A DNA stretch of 63,951 nucleotides, counting the filler, from Licmophora abbreviata (lineage: Eukaryota): assembly GCA_900291995.1 (NCBI GenBank). It is 15 parts of 15 records of this genome, joined end to end, with 100 filler letters (N's around TTAATTAATTAA, not from the genome) between each part and the next. Parts side by side here need not be neighbours in the genome. Positions count along the whole stretch, not along the records: positions 1 to 25,366 come from OLMU01002146.1; positions 25,467 to 27,727 come from OLMU01002148.1; positions 27,828 to 29,831 come from OLMU01002149.1; positions 29,932 to 31,330 come from OLMU01002150.1; positions 31,431 to 37,582 come from OLMU01002151.1; 10 more parts are not named here. One strand, 5' to 3'. The notes beneath the pieces were generated by a model. The model did not search any database, was not told the DNA's origin, and worked only from the letters and a program-made list of their open reading frames with translations. Of the stretch, positions 23,458 to 33,251 are shown piece by piece; positions within the stretch are counted from its first letter, which is position 1, and every line of letters starts with the position of its first letter. Both the position numbers and the translations under genes were made by a program.

Positions 23458-24768
23458 ATGGCGAACCGACGACGGCGCCAGAAACAGGCCTTTCCTCTCT
23501 TCTATTCCTCGCTCGTCCTTTGCATATGTGTATTGCATGTGTCATCATCAGATTTCCTGTCGCTTCCGGGAGACTTGGACCTCTTTCCATCCCACAAACA
23601 GACCTTTGCGCCGGGGCGTGGTGGGCGAGCCAAAATTGCAGTAGTGGAGGATCTCCTTGACGTTTCCGTGGATTTTGATGATGATTTCGTGACTGACTTT
23701 GATCATACCTTGAAGATCGATGCTGATACTATCTCATCGAAGAAATACGGGGGAGCTGCTGCAGATAGACCGCTATTGTCACCTCAGCGGATACAGGCGG
23801 CACTCGTGAACTCGCGCGAACTCAATGTACCAGTGACAATACTTCCCACGAATGACCTACAGCCTATCCACAAACGGAGATTACGCTCCACTGGAACGAC
23901 CATTGTGGGTTGTTTAATCGATGACGGGAAATATGTTGTCTTGGGTGCCGATACGCGTGCTACCGACGATCGCATGGTAGCAGACAAGCACTGCGAAAAG
24001 ATTCATCGGCTCGCTACGAACGTTTGGTGCTGCGGTGCGGGAACATCGGCTGACTTGGAGGCTCTAGCTCGTTACACTCAATATTCCATGGCATTCGATG
24101 CTCTACAGGAAGGAACGATTGGGAATGCGGAAACTTTGGAAAGTCATCATCGAGGTCTGGTGTATAGCGGGGGCATTCTGTTACGACGGGTGCGCGTCTC
24201 AGCCGTTTGTCGATTTCTTCGCAGCTCTTTGTATCAAAGCAATGGATCTTTGGGATGTAATCTCATTGTAGGAGGCTACGATGATGTGGAAGATTGTGGT
24301 CGACTGGCCGCCATTCATCCGCACGGGAGCATGGATGTGGTACCGTACTCTGCTCTGGGAAGTGGTGGACTTGCTGCCATGTCTGTACTAGAAGCCAGGT
24401 ATCGACCCGGGCTGACGCTTTCGCAGGGGATAGCACTAGTGAAGGACGCCGTGTCGGCTGGCGTCGACAACGATCTGGGTTCTGGAAGTCAAGTCGACTT
24501 GTGTGTAATGGGGCCGAACGGAATGGTGGACTACACGCGCGCTGTCGTGGCCGAGGAGAAGTTGGACGACATGTATGTCAGTGCCGAAGATGTCATTGAT
24601 GATGAGGAATCAAGCCATAACCCGGGTACTGGGCTTGAGCTGGGAGTGAATGGGTTCGGTAATCTGCCATACACTGTACAGGCGCGACGTGTTGTTGCTA
24701 CGAGACAATCGGGTGCGACGCAACTTAGCGAATGGAACGACTTTCTCGGATTTAGCGGCAATCCATAA
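23458..24768 (+). CDS. 20S proteasome beta subunit (beta2/PSMB7-like) with a long N-terminal signal-peptide-bearing extension
   Basis: STG/TTIVG catalytic Thr at 23896, plus LGADTRAT, VADKHCEKIH, CCGAGTSAD, ALGSGGLAA and NDLGSGS. The start codon is uncertain. Confidence 0.9.
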   Translation: MANRRRRQKQAFPLFYSSLVLCICVLHVSSSDFLSLPGDLDLFPSHKQTFAPGRGGRAKIAVVEDLLDVSVDFDDDFVTDFDHTLKIDADTISSKKYGGAAADRPLLSPQRIQAALVNSRELNVPVTILPTNDLQPIHKRRLRSTGTTIVGCLIDDGKYVVLGADTRATDDRMVADKHCEKIHRLATNVWCCGAGTSADLEALARYTQYSMAFDALQEGTIGNAETLESHHRGLVYSGGILLRRVRVSAVCRFLRSSLYQSNGSLGCNLIVGGYDDVEDCGRLAAIHPHGSMDVVPYSALGSGGLAAMSVLEARYRPGLTLSQGIALVKDAVSAGVDNDLGSGSQVDLCVMGPNGMVDYTRAVVAEEKLDDMYVSAEDVIDDEESSHNPGTGLELGVNGFGNLPYTVQARRVVATRQSGATQLSEWNDFLGFSGNP

Positions 24769-24831
24769 AACTTGCAGAAGATTAGTTCGCCTTTTCATTG
24801 TTAGAAATTGGACCTGTGTTGGCTTTCGTCG

Positions 24832-25366
24832 TCATGGTATCGGCGCCTGTTCTTTGAGAGCCGACAGATCCTGCTGAGACGCTTGTCTCTTTTCTTCGTC
24901 CTCTTTGTTGTCGAGACCAGCCTGTTGCTGAAACCCTGTACCGGCAAGATGGTGAAATAATGAAGATTCATGAGTACTTGTGAAGTGTTCTTGAAAGATT
25001 ACACAGAGTGGAACGAAAAAGAAAGGATAGGGCTTCCTAATGCTGCGCCTTTGTTGCAAGCTTACATTCGTCAGTGCTCCAAAGTGCCTTGTTGCTTCCC
25101 AGTTTCATTTGATTCGGTTGTGCCAAGTTTACGTTAAGTGTTCGGCCCATTAGTTCAGCCCCATCCATATTGTAAATGGCTTCTTCCGCGTCCTTTGCAA
25201 GGAAACAAGGACGAGGTAGGCAAGGTGAGCTATGATGTGGAAAATATGTGAGGAATCGACAAGTCGAAAGTACCAGTAGCGGACCTCTCATACCTCTGGA
25301 TCTTCGAATTCGACAAAGGCGAAACTTTTGTGAACACCCTTGGCGTAATCCATAGGCTGGGGTCAC
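24832..25366 (-). CDS. RRM protein resembling the cyclophilin E (PPIE) RNA-binding N-terminus; 5'-partial, at least three exons
   Basis: Spliced product PMDYAKGVHKSFAFVEFEDPE|DAEEAIYNMDGAELMGRTLNVNLA...WSTDE|WFQQ. Introns at 25193-25293 (GTATGA...AAAG) and 24936-25065 (GTAAGC...TACAG). Confidence 0.8.
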
Positions 25367-25466
25367 NNNNNNNNNNNNNNNNNNNNNNNNNNNNNNNNNN
25401 NNNNNNNNNNTTAATTAATTAANNNNNNNNNNNNNNNNNNNNNNNNNNNNNNNNNNNNNNNNNNNN
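25367..25466. other. Artificial contig linker, first of 14 (others start at 27728, 29832, 31331, 37583, 48797, 50209, 51974, 53903, 55449, 57981, 59917, 61685 and 62844)
   Basis: 44 N + TTAATTAATTAA (stops in all six frames) + 44 N, identical each time. Confidence 0.99.
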
Positions 25467-25575
25467 GCGAAACGAATACAACTAAGGAAGAGTAAAAATA
25501 GGAGCTTCGACAGGATTGCTACTACCAGTATCGCGCCGTTTTATTCCCAGATTGAAGATGCGAACTGACTTGAAC

Positions 25576-27646
25576 TCAACGCGTCGCCCGCTTGATCAGC
25601 AAGCGAAGCCGCCCAAAGCTCCCCTTCACTCCCATATCCTCCTCACATTTCCGGCGCTTGGCCACTGGTTTGTCGGGGATTTTCTGCGGTGACCTTGCCT
25701 TCACTCTTCGCAATAGACTTGAAAGCATCAGATTTGTCGGATCATCGTCACTCGAGAAATCGTCTTCACCGGCTGCTGCTTCAGGGGGCACAGTCAAGCG
25801 CTTGCGTGGCGGACCTGCATTCTGAACCTCTTGGCCGTGGTCGTTATTTGATCCGACCACGTACAGTGATTCGGCAGGATGAGACGAGCGAGTCGCCGGG
25901 GGTGGCATGGACGCTGGACTTGTGTAGTCTTTGGAGCTGATGCCTTCCTCCTGGTCGGTAAGCTGCTCCTTGGATTCCATGGTGTCTGGCTGAGTTTGCG
26001 AAAGCAGCATATCACTTATCCCTAAAACTTCCGAGTCGGAATCTGAATGGCATTCCTCTCCTCCATCAATCTGGTCCGCTTGTGTCGAGTGGGCCGAAAC
26101 TGGACTTTCGCGATCGCCCTCGACAGCAGCAGGAGCAGCCGGGACAGCACTTGAGACTCCATTGTTGTACGCCTCAAGTACCGCAGAAAACAGTCCTTGG
26201 ATCCCCTCACCTGTCGATGAAGTCGGAGTTGTTGCAGCCACCTCAGGCACATGGGCAGTCAAAGAGGCGAGCGGCATACTCCTGGCCCCTTCGTTGACAT
26301 GCACGTTCAGCGCTTCCGATAGAAGTCCCCGTACTTCGACCGCAGAGGACAATGGAAGACTCGTAGCACCGTTCTCAGCTTGAAATGCTTCAAGACCTTT
26401 CGCACGTGCAGTCATTTTGCACGTCGTCGTAGTGTCTGAGCCTCCGCTCCCAGTACGCTTTTCATCCGCTAATGCGAGAATTCTACCGAGCGAAGCAGTG
26501 CCATCTTGCCCATCGGCCGACCGAGGATTGTTTAGAATAGAACGTACATCTCCAAGCGCCACGCGAGTGCCCGAATTATCGTCTCGAGAGCGGGGAGTTG
26601 CCACCTTTCTTTCCGCGCAGAGTAGAGCGCGTACATCGCCGAGAATGACGCCTTCGCTGAGAGCTCGATCGTCTCCCATAGTGATAGGCTCGTTTCTCTT
26701 CTCACTGACATAATGCTTTTGCAGAGGTGTTGATGTTCTCACTGTAGCTCCATCGGCCCATCCTGTCTCGCTTTGAGAAGCGATCGGTCCTCCTGGACTA
26801 GTGCTGACTGCTGTGGGAATGGTCTCGGCTGCAAGTGAAGTGATACTTGACGATACTTGCGTTGAGGAAGAGTTGCCGTCTCTTGTAGCAAGGACCTCCC
26901 GCACATTTCCGAGCACCGTGCCGTTGACGACACGTCTGGTGGAAGAAGCCGGCGCGTTTGTCTGATGGGCCAAGGTCAAGAGGCTGCGGACTGTGGAAGC
27001 CATGGAGCCACCCCTCCCTTCTGTGCCCCCTCGTGAATTGCATCAGCAGCTGGTGCACGTCTCCAAGTCTTACTTGTTCGGCTGGAAGGCTCAATGCGGC
27101 CTCGAGTGTCTTTCGATGATGGATGGACTGGAGAGCCCGACGGACTTCAATGGATCGATGTACGTCTATTGGATTTCCCACTATGCCCATTCCCTGTGCA
27201 CCAAGTAGTACAATAGATTCGACGGCAAAGCACAGAATGCTTTCCGAGTAGGGAAGCTGAGACAAGAATGTCGCTGCATGGTCATCGCGTTGCCGCAGAT
27301 GCAATAAGTGACTTTTCGCGCAGCAGTGCGTGGATAGTGAGACTCTCCAGTCGGAGATTTTCACGATGGACCCTCTGGTGGCATGGATGATTTCTCGAGA
27401 TGGCTGTGCGCAGATAAAAGCTACCGCCGCCGTCTTCCCATCTTGCACGACCATGTACGAAGGACACGTTCGGTAGTGCGCCGAAGTCCCGACAGAATTG
27501 GCCGTCCATGCCGGGCCTCCCCTGGCCAGAACCTGCACAAGCTTTGGCCGTCGTGTCACCGACTCGGGACCCTCTAACAAGGAGCGAAACATGGTTGTCT
27601 CGATCCAGGGCGTGATTGCCGAAGGACCTGAAAGCAGAGAGCTCAT
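25576..27646 (-). CDS. TPP1/Est3-like OB-fold protein with a long low-complexity tail of LGDVRxLL repeats; two overlapping ORFs, probably one frameshifted gene
   Basis: Motifs ITPWIE, LVQVL, VVQDG, TRGSIVKISDW and FAVESIVLLGAQGMGIVGNPIDV. The LGDV motif occurs in both ORFs, and the frame switch lies around 27003-27043. Confidence 0.5.
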
Positions 27647-27852
27647 CGCTAAGGCAGGTACCGGTACGTCTCACTCCGGCGCAATGCCGAGTAGCCGAGA
27701 GGGAGGCAATCTGAAATCTGAAATCACNNNNNNNNNNNNNNNNNNNNNNNNNNNNNNNNNNNNNNNNNNNNTTAATTAATTAANNNNNNNNNNNNNNNNN
27801 NNNNNNNNNNNNNNNNNNNNNNNNNNNTGCGCTCGCGCGTGTGATCAGACTA

Positions 27853-27911
27853 GTGACTCGACTCACTCGACTCGACCCACTCAGCCAGTGACTGACGACT
27901 CGACTCACTCG
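27853..27911 (+). repeat. Degenerate (G)ACTC microsatellite-like tract
   Basis: gtgactcgactcactcgactcgacccactcagccagtgactgacgactcgactcactc, downstream of the cyclophilin-like gene. Confidence 0.55.
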
Positions 27912-28058
27912 GCGAATCAATCCGTGAATCAAGCGAATGTCGTCTCCGATCGAACAAACCTGACTGCACCTTCCGGAATGGCCATCACATCATTCCTACA
28001 AAGAAACGACTCGCGTCTACTGATTGGTCCTACTTGTACCGTGATGCTCTGCAATTGT

Positions 28059-29831
28059 CTAAGGTTCCACCTGATTGTCCCTGTGCACAATCCTTGGCTT
28101 TTTTCTCTTGCGAGCCTCTCGCGCCTGATTCTTCACTGCGGTCGCTCCAGAACCTTGAAATGCCGTATCCTTTCCTCCACCAGCCGGCAAAGGCTCCACG
28201 ATTCGCGCAGTGAGAATCTTTACGGGTTCTTCCAAATAGTGTTCATATTCTCCGGGAGGGAACGTTGAGAGTTCGAACACGCGCCTGACCACCGACTGAC
28301 CTTTCACAACCTTGGCGAAACAGGGATCCGCCTGTTCGTCCAGGTCATGTTGAGGCTGACCTCCAGGGCCGTGCGAAATCCTATTGTCGACCTTGTTAAT
28401 ATACCAGTCGGGTCCTCCAGGTCTACCAGTGAAACCGAGAGTCAGCGCAGCGTGCGGAAAGTCGGGGCTGTACTCGGGAAAGACAAGCTTATCGAGCTGC
28501 ATATCCCGGAAGGTCTTGTAGGTAGGACCAGGAAACTCCTCTTCTTCGCCCTCGTCCTGTGGACCAACTTGAAGTACGTGTGGCCCATTTAAATACATGT
28601 ACGTACTGTCCCAGAGCTCATGATAGACTTGCTGCAAAAAAAGATGAACGGCGTGCGGCATCAGTTCCAAAGGCGCCATCTGGACGACGAACGTTTCCGG
28701 GCTTCTCCCAGCGTCCTCCTCGAACTCCACAGCGAAAGTAACGTGGTGTGGACCCTCGCCAAACCTGAGGCAACAACGAAGAAGGATATCAAATGATATT
28801 AGAACACTCACTCAGCGGGACGATGCCTCGAAGGCCAAAAAGGGCGTCACGTACTGTTCAATGGCCGCCCGTTTCGATTCTCGAGCCGTGGCATTCTGTA
28901 GTAGGTGCAACTGTCGACGCCATGCATCAACGACACTGGAGGAGGGACCATTCTTCATCTGGCCTGTTCCTCCTTCGCGTAGCTCCGCCTTGTATTTTTC
29001 GTTCTCCTCGGTGAGCTTCCTATTCCAAAATTTCATTTCAGTTACCTTTTCCTCTCTACCACGTAGCAGCTCAACGAGTTCCTCGACGTCATCGTGTTTC
29101 TCATTGAGTGCCTCCTCGAGATCTGAAAGGCCTTCGTGTTTATCTTCTCGCATCTGCATGAGCCTCTCGACTTCGCTGTCTTTTTGGTGAACGAGCGCCA
29201 CAAGTTCCTCGACGTGATCGTGCTTCTCGCTGAGTTCCGCAGCGAGTTCATCAAGAGCCGTACGATCTGGAAGGTCTTCGTGGCCATTTTGCTGCAGCCT
29301 CGCGATTTCGCTATCCTTCTCCTGAAGAAGCGCCAAAAGTTCCTCGACGTCATGGTGTTTCTGATTGAGTTCTTCATTCACTTCCTCAAAAGCCTTGAGA
29401 TCAGTAACGCCTTCACGTCTATCTTGCTTCATTCTCTCAATTTCGTTGTCCCTCTCCCGAAGAAGAGCCTCAAGTTCTTCGACGTGATCGTGTTTCTGAC
29501 TGAGTTCATCGGTGACTTGATCAAAGCCCTTGCGCTTCTCCAGTACCTCTTTCCGATACCTGTCGCGCTCCTCCTTGTACCTCTCAAACTTGCCAAGCGC
29601 GTGCGTGTGAGAGATACCCCCCATACTGTCAAGCATCGTCGTATGCTTTCCGCGATAGTGCAGAGTCGAGAAAAGGAAGGTGCAGCACATGAGTGCCATC
29701 CAGGTCAAGGGATTCTTGAGGGCACCGGCGATCTTTTGGGCGATAGACGATCCGCCGCGACCGCGACGGGACTTGCTAGCGTCCGGTGGGGTAGAGTAGC
29801 CGACTTCGTAAGGCGACGCGGCGCCGCCTGC
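28059..29831 (-). CDS. Membrane-anchored coiled-coil protein with a C-terminal cyclophilin-like domain; 5'-partial, two exons
   Basis: An intron at 28765-28854 (CA|GTACGT...CCTCAG|G) gives EQFGEGPHHV. Motifs MPHAVHLFL, FPEYSPDFPH, TLGFTGRPGGPDWYINKVDN and DPCFAKVV. The frame is open to the contig edge. Confidence 0.8.
29040..29530 (-). repeat. Four copies of a 42-45-aa coiled-coil repeat
   Basis: ELSQKHDHVEEL, ELNQKHHDVEEL, ELSEKHDHVEEL and ALNEKHDDVEEL. Confidence 0.85.
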
Positions 29832-29931
29832 NNNNNNNNNNNNNNNNNNNNNNNNNNNNNNNNNNNNNNNNNNNNTTAATTAATTAANNNNNNNNNNNNN
29901 NNNNNNNNNNNNNNNNNNNNNNNNNNNNNNN

Positions 29932-30990
29932 GTGGCCGGCAAAAAGACCTTCAGCACGGTCCCTGCGGCCACGCAGGATGCAGCGGCCGGATCTGATCTG
30001 GTGCGCAAATCGCAGCTCGATACGCTTCTTGCCGGCAAGGCCAATAGCAGCCACGCCCATGGGGTCTCGGATGTGACGGGCCTGCAAGTCGCGCTCGACG
30101 GCAAGGCCGGCGCGAGCCATGGGCATGGTGCCGATGAGATCACCGACAGCACCCTTGCCGGGCGCGCGGTTTTGACGGCAGCAGATGTGGCAGCGCAGCG
30201 CAGCGTGCTGGGGCTCGGCACGGCCGCCCTGATGGCCAGCACGGCTTTTGCCGCGGCCACCCATGGTCATGCCATTGCCGAGGTCACCGGGCTGCAAACC
30301 GCCCTCGCTGGTAAGGCTCCGCTGGCCTCGCCGGCCTTTACCGGTAACCCGACGGCACCCACGCCGGCCGAGAATGACGCCTCCACTCGGATTGCCACCA
30401 CGGCTTATGTGCAGACCGAGATCACCGGGCTCAACACGGGCGATATGCATGCCGCCACCTATGACAGCGACGCTGACGGCAAGGTGGATGCCGCGGAGCT
30501 CGCCGATGCGGTGCCCTGGAGCGGTGTCACCGGCAAGCCAGCGAGCTTTGTGCCCGCTGCCCATGATCATGCGATCTCCGAGATCACGGGATTGCAGACT
30601 GCCCTCAATGGCAAAGCCCCGCTGGCCTCCCCGGGGTTCACCGGCACGCCGACAGCGCCCACCGCCGCAAGCGGCACCAACACGACGCAGGTCGCGACCA
30701 CCGGTTTTGTCGCGGCTGCCATCGCGGCCTTGATCGATGCAGCACCCGGGGCGCTCGATACGCTCAATGAATTGGCGGCCGCCCTGGGCGATGATCCCAA
30801 TTTTGCCAGCACCGTCACCAATGGTCTTGCCGACAAGCTCGGCAAATCCTCCAATCTCTCGGATCTGACCAATTTGGCGACCGCGCGCAGCAATCTCGGG
30901 CTGGGCTCCATGGCAACCCAAGCGGCGAGCAATGTGGCCATCACCGGCGGCAGCATCACCGGCATCGCGCTTGATGGCGGGACGTTCTGA
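29932..30990 (+). CDS. Phage tail fibre-like protein, 5'-partial
   Basis: Three HxH.I.EVTGLQ.AL.GKA repeats, two KAPLASP.FTG.PTAPT repeats, and LDTLNELAAALGDDPNFA. Confidence 0.85.
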   Translation: MAGKKTFSTVPAATQDAAAGSDLVRKSQLDTLLAGKANSSHAHGVSDVTGLQVALDGKAGASHGHGADEITDSTLAGRAVLTAADVAAQRSVLGLGTAALMASTAFAAATHGHAIAEVTGLQTALAGKAPLASPAFTGNPTAPTPAENDASTRIATTAYVQTEITGLNTGDMHAATYDSDADGKVDAAELADAVPWSGVTGKPASFVPAAHDHAISEITGLQTALNGKAPLASPGFTGTPTAPTAASGTNTTQVATTGFVAAAIAALIDAAPGALDTLNELAAALGDDPNFASTVTNGLADKLGKSSNLSDLTNLATARSNLGLGSMATQAASNVAITGGSITGIALDGGTF

Positions 30991-31032
30991 TCCCGCACCT
31001 GCCTCATCCACCCTCGATCAGAAGGCTATCCC

Positions 31033-31317
31033 ATGGCATTCAAACTGAAGCGCTCGGCTGTGGCCGGCAAGGTGCCCACGCCCACCCAGCTCGAGCTTGG
31101 CGAACTGGCCGCCAACACCCATGACGGTCGTCTCTTTCTCAAGCGCGACGACGGCACGGAAACCATCATCGAGGTTGGCGCCCAATGGGGCGACTTCAAT
31201 GCCAGTGCCAGCGGCACGGTGCTGACGATCTTCTATCAGGGCACGCCTCTGTTCCGGCTCGATAGCACCGGCAACCTGATCGTGACTGGCGACGTCACCG
31301 GTTTTGGAGAGCTCTGA
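31033..31317 (+). CDS. Small phage tail-associated protein; the next gene (MALQ...) overlaps at 31317 and is truncated by the gap
   Basis: KLKRSAVAGKVP..LELGELAANTHDGRLF is typical of phage tail N-terminal modules. TGATG coupling to the next ORF. Confidence 0.65.
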   Translation: MAFKLKRSAVAGKVPTPTQLELGELAANTHDGRLFLKRDDGTETIIEVGAQWGDFNASASGTVLTIFYQGTPLFRLDSTGNLIVTGDVTGFGEL

Positions 31318-31430
31318 TGGCGCTGCAAAGNNNNNNNNNNNNNNNNNNNNNNNNNNNNNNNNNNNNNNNNNNNNTTAATTAATTAANNNNNNNNNNNNNN
31401 NNNNNNNNNNNNNNNNNNNNNNNNNNNNNN

Positions 31431-31562
31431 AAGCGATTTCGTCTGGTTGCGCACTGCGGCCTCGGACGATGCACAGGCCCTGCTGCCGGGCTACCCACGA
31501 GACCCGAGCGAGACGAGATGTCGATGATCGACCCCGCGGCCCGGGCGCGCATAACCCCCATC
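31431..31562 (-). pseudogene. Short-chain dehydrogenase fragment
   Basis: MRARAAGSIIDISSRSGLVG.PAA, followed by a frameshifted YxxxK-like region. No N-terminus. Confidence 0.55.
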
Positions 31563-31714
31563 GCGTAGTGTGAAAGAAGCGCGCAAGCCCAACTACAACA
31601 CCTAATCCAAAACAATGAGCCTTGGACCTGTTGGTCCAAGGCGGCCAGTCACCCGTTAGCTCAATAGAGAGCTCTGCTGACTGGCCACCGTCTGTCGCAC
31701 GCGTCCTGCGTAAA

Positions 31715-31771
31715 TCAAAAGTGGCTCAGTTTTGCGTCGCCCCTTCACCCAATGTAACTCTGGCATTGACA
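31715..31771 (-). mobile_element. Orphan IS21-like terminal repeat
   Basis: The minus strand reads TGTCAATGCCAGAGTTACATTGGGTGAAGGGGCGACGCAAAACTGAGCCACT, resembling IS21-family ends. No istA/istB is present. Confidence 0.4.
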
Positions 31772-31989
31772 GCATTGCCTTTCGAACCGGCCCATGGCGT
31801 CAGATAAGCTACATGATGAAGCTTGACACATGACCGATTGAAGCCCAGCCCAACCGTCAAAAGCAGCTTGCAAAACCGGGGCATCCACACACGCCTCAGA
31901 TTTTCCAGAGGCTCCAAATCGAGGATGGATTGGAGCCATAGAAAAAGACAACAGAGCCAACCGCTATTCACCTGAGACACGCGCGAGAG

Positions 31990-32194
31990 CCGTGCGGATG
32001 GTGTTCACGCCATTTCGCAACCGTCTTGGGATTGATCCACAACTCTCGGCTCAACTCCGAGAGCAAAGCCTGCGATCGCTTTATTGCAGCTCTGACAGCG
32101 TGCGTGGTCGTGGCGCTCCCGTGACGAAGTTGTCCCACATCGCTTCCTTCCACGCTTGCGAGTGGATCGCACCATCAAACCGTGGGATTGAACA
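31990..32194 (-). mobile_element. IS481-family remnant (left end plus transposase N-terminal HTH)
   Basis: TGTTCAATCCCACGGTTTGATGG end. The peptide GQLRHGSATTTHAVRAAI.RSQA...INPKTVAKWR is then truncated. Confidence 0.75.
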
Positions 32195-32195
32195 A

Positions 32196-33251
32196 CTAGT
32201 TCAAGCCATTCTGAGGTTTCGTCAGCAAACGTTGGGGGGTAGCTTCAAGTATGTTTGAAAGAGCTTTGTCGCTTAAACCTTTGCGCCGCATTACCGGCAC
32301 CACTCCGGTCAGTATATGCCCGTAGCCATGTCCTCCCCCCCGCCGTAGTCGGGTGTGGGTGCAGATATCATGAGACATCAGAATCTGGTTGCTCAGACCC
32401 CGCTCGATCAGCGCCATGATCATTCCTAGGCGGATCGCATCATTTGGCATATCGAAATCGGAAAACGGGTAGTAGCTGCTTTCGATGCCGAAAAAATCCC
32501 ATTCCAGAACACAGCCTGTTTCGGCCAGTTCAAGCGCTTGGTTCGGCGTTGTGAAGGTGCGATCTAGGTGCCCGATGATTACTCGCTCGATATCCGCTCC
32601 TTCCGCACGCAGATGACTGATAATGGCCAGGGGCGACGCCGGATCGCGACCCGGATGTACGGTAATAGCTGCACCCGTTTCCTGCTGGGCAATCACCGCT
32701 GCGGTCATGACGCGTTTTTCGTCCGGGTGCCAAGGGTCGCTGACACCGATTTCACCTATTATGCCCGCCTTGATGTCCAGCCCATCGAAGCCATCCCGCA
32801 AATCCGCAACCATGCGGGTGGCCATATCCTCGGTTCTGGTGCTCGCAAGTTCGGCCCCGCAGAATTCGGTAATGTAATAGCCTGTTCCCGCGACGATGTT
32901 CACACCCGAAGCGCGCGAAACCTCGGCCAGGCCAGCGGGGTTGGGAGAAATGCCGCGGATCGTCAGATCGACAAGCGTGCCACCTCCGGCCCGGCGGTAA
33001 TCGATCAACTCTTCCACCATCAGCGCGCAATCATCAAGGATGTGATTGCCGTAATGCCCGGTCCAGTTGAAGCGCACATCATGCACGTTCTCGAGCGTGA
33101 TCTCTACACGCGGCAGGCCCCGTGCCGCCAGCGCGGGCGGTGTAACATCGCACAGCACATGCTCATGCATCATCACCCGACCGGTGTTTGACGGGTTGAT
33201 GGGGCCTAACACCGTCTGTATATCCCCCCCTCGCGGGCTGACGTCGCTCAT
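32196..33251 (-). CDS. Phosphotriesterase-family amidohydrolase of the PTER/PHP clade
   Basis: Motifs IQTVLGP, HEH, GIIGEIG, HPGR, GHLDRT, SHDI and GGHGYGHIL. Start set at 33251 by the ATGA overlap with the upstream gene. Confidence 0.9.
   Translation of the reverse strand: MSDVSPRGGDIQTVLGPINPSNTGRVMMHEHVLCDVTPPALAARGLPRVEITLENVHDVRFNWTGHYGNHILDDCALMVEELIDYRRAGGGTLVDLTIRGISPNPAGLAEVSRASGVNIVAGTGYYITEFCGAELASTRTEDMATRMVADLRDGFDGLDIKAGIIGEIGVSDPWHPDEKRVMTAAVIAQQETGAAITVHPGRDPASPLAIISHLRAEGADIERVIIGHLDRTFTTPNQALELAETGCVLEWDFFGIESSYYPFSDFDMPNDAIRLGMIMALIERGLSNQILMSHDICTHTRLRRGGGHGYGHILTGVVPVMRRKGLSDKALSNILEATPQRLLTKPQNGLN

Noticed and set aside
25411..25422. TTAATTAATTAA recurring 14 times as a possible biological repeat or CRISPR-like array
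   Set aside because: It is always centred in 88 Ns, which identifies it as a synthetic six-frame-stop linker.
27853..27911. ACTC-type repeat as telomeric sequence or a CRISPR array
   Set aside because: Degenerate, not TTAGGG-like, and without a spacer structure.
29831..29932. Bacterium-to-diatom horizontal transfer junction
   Set aside because: The transition coincides with a linker, and no contiguous sequence joins the two.
29884..31011. 375-aa minus-strand ORF
   Set aside because: Antisense shadow of the tail-fibre gene in GC-rich DNA, with no motifs.
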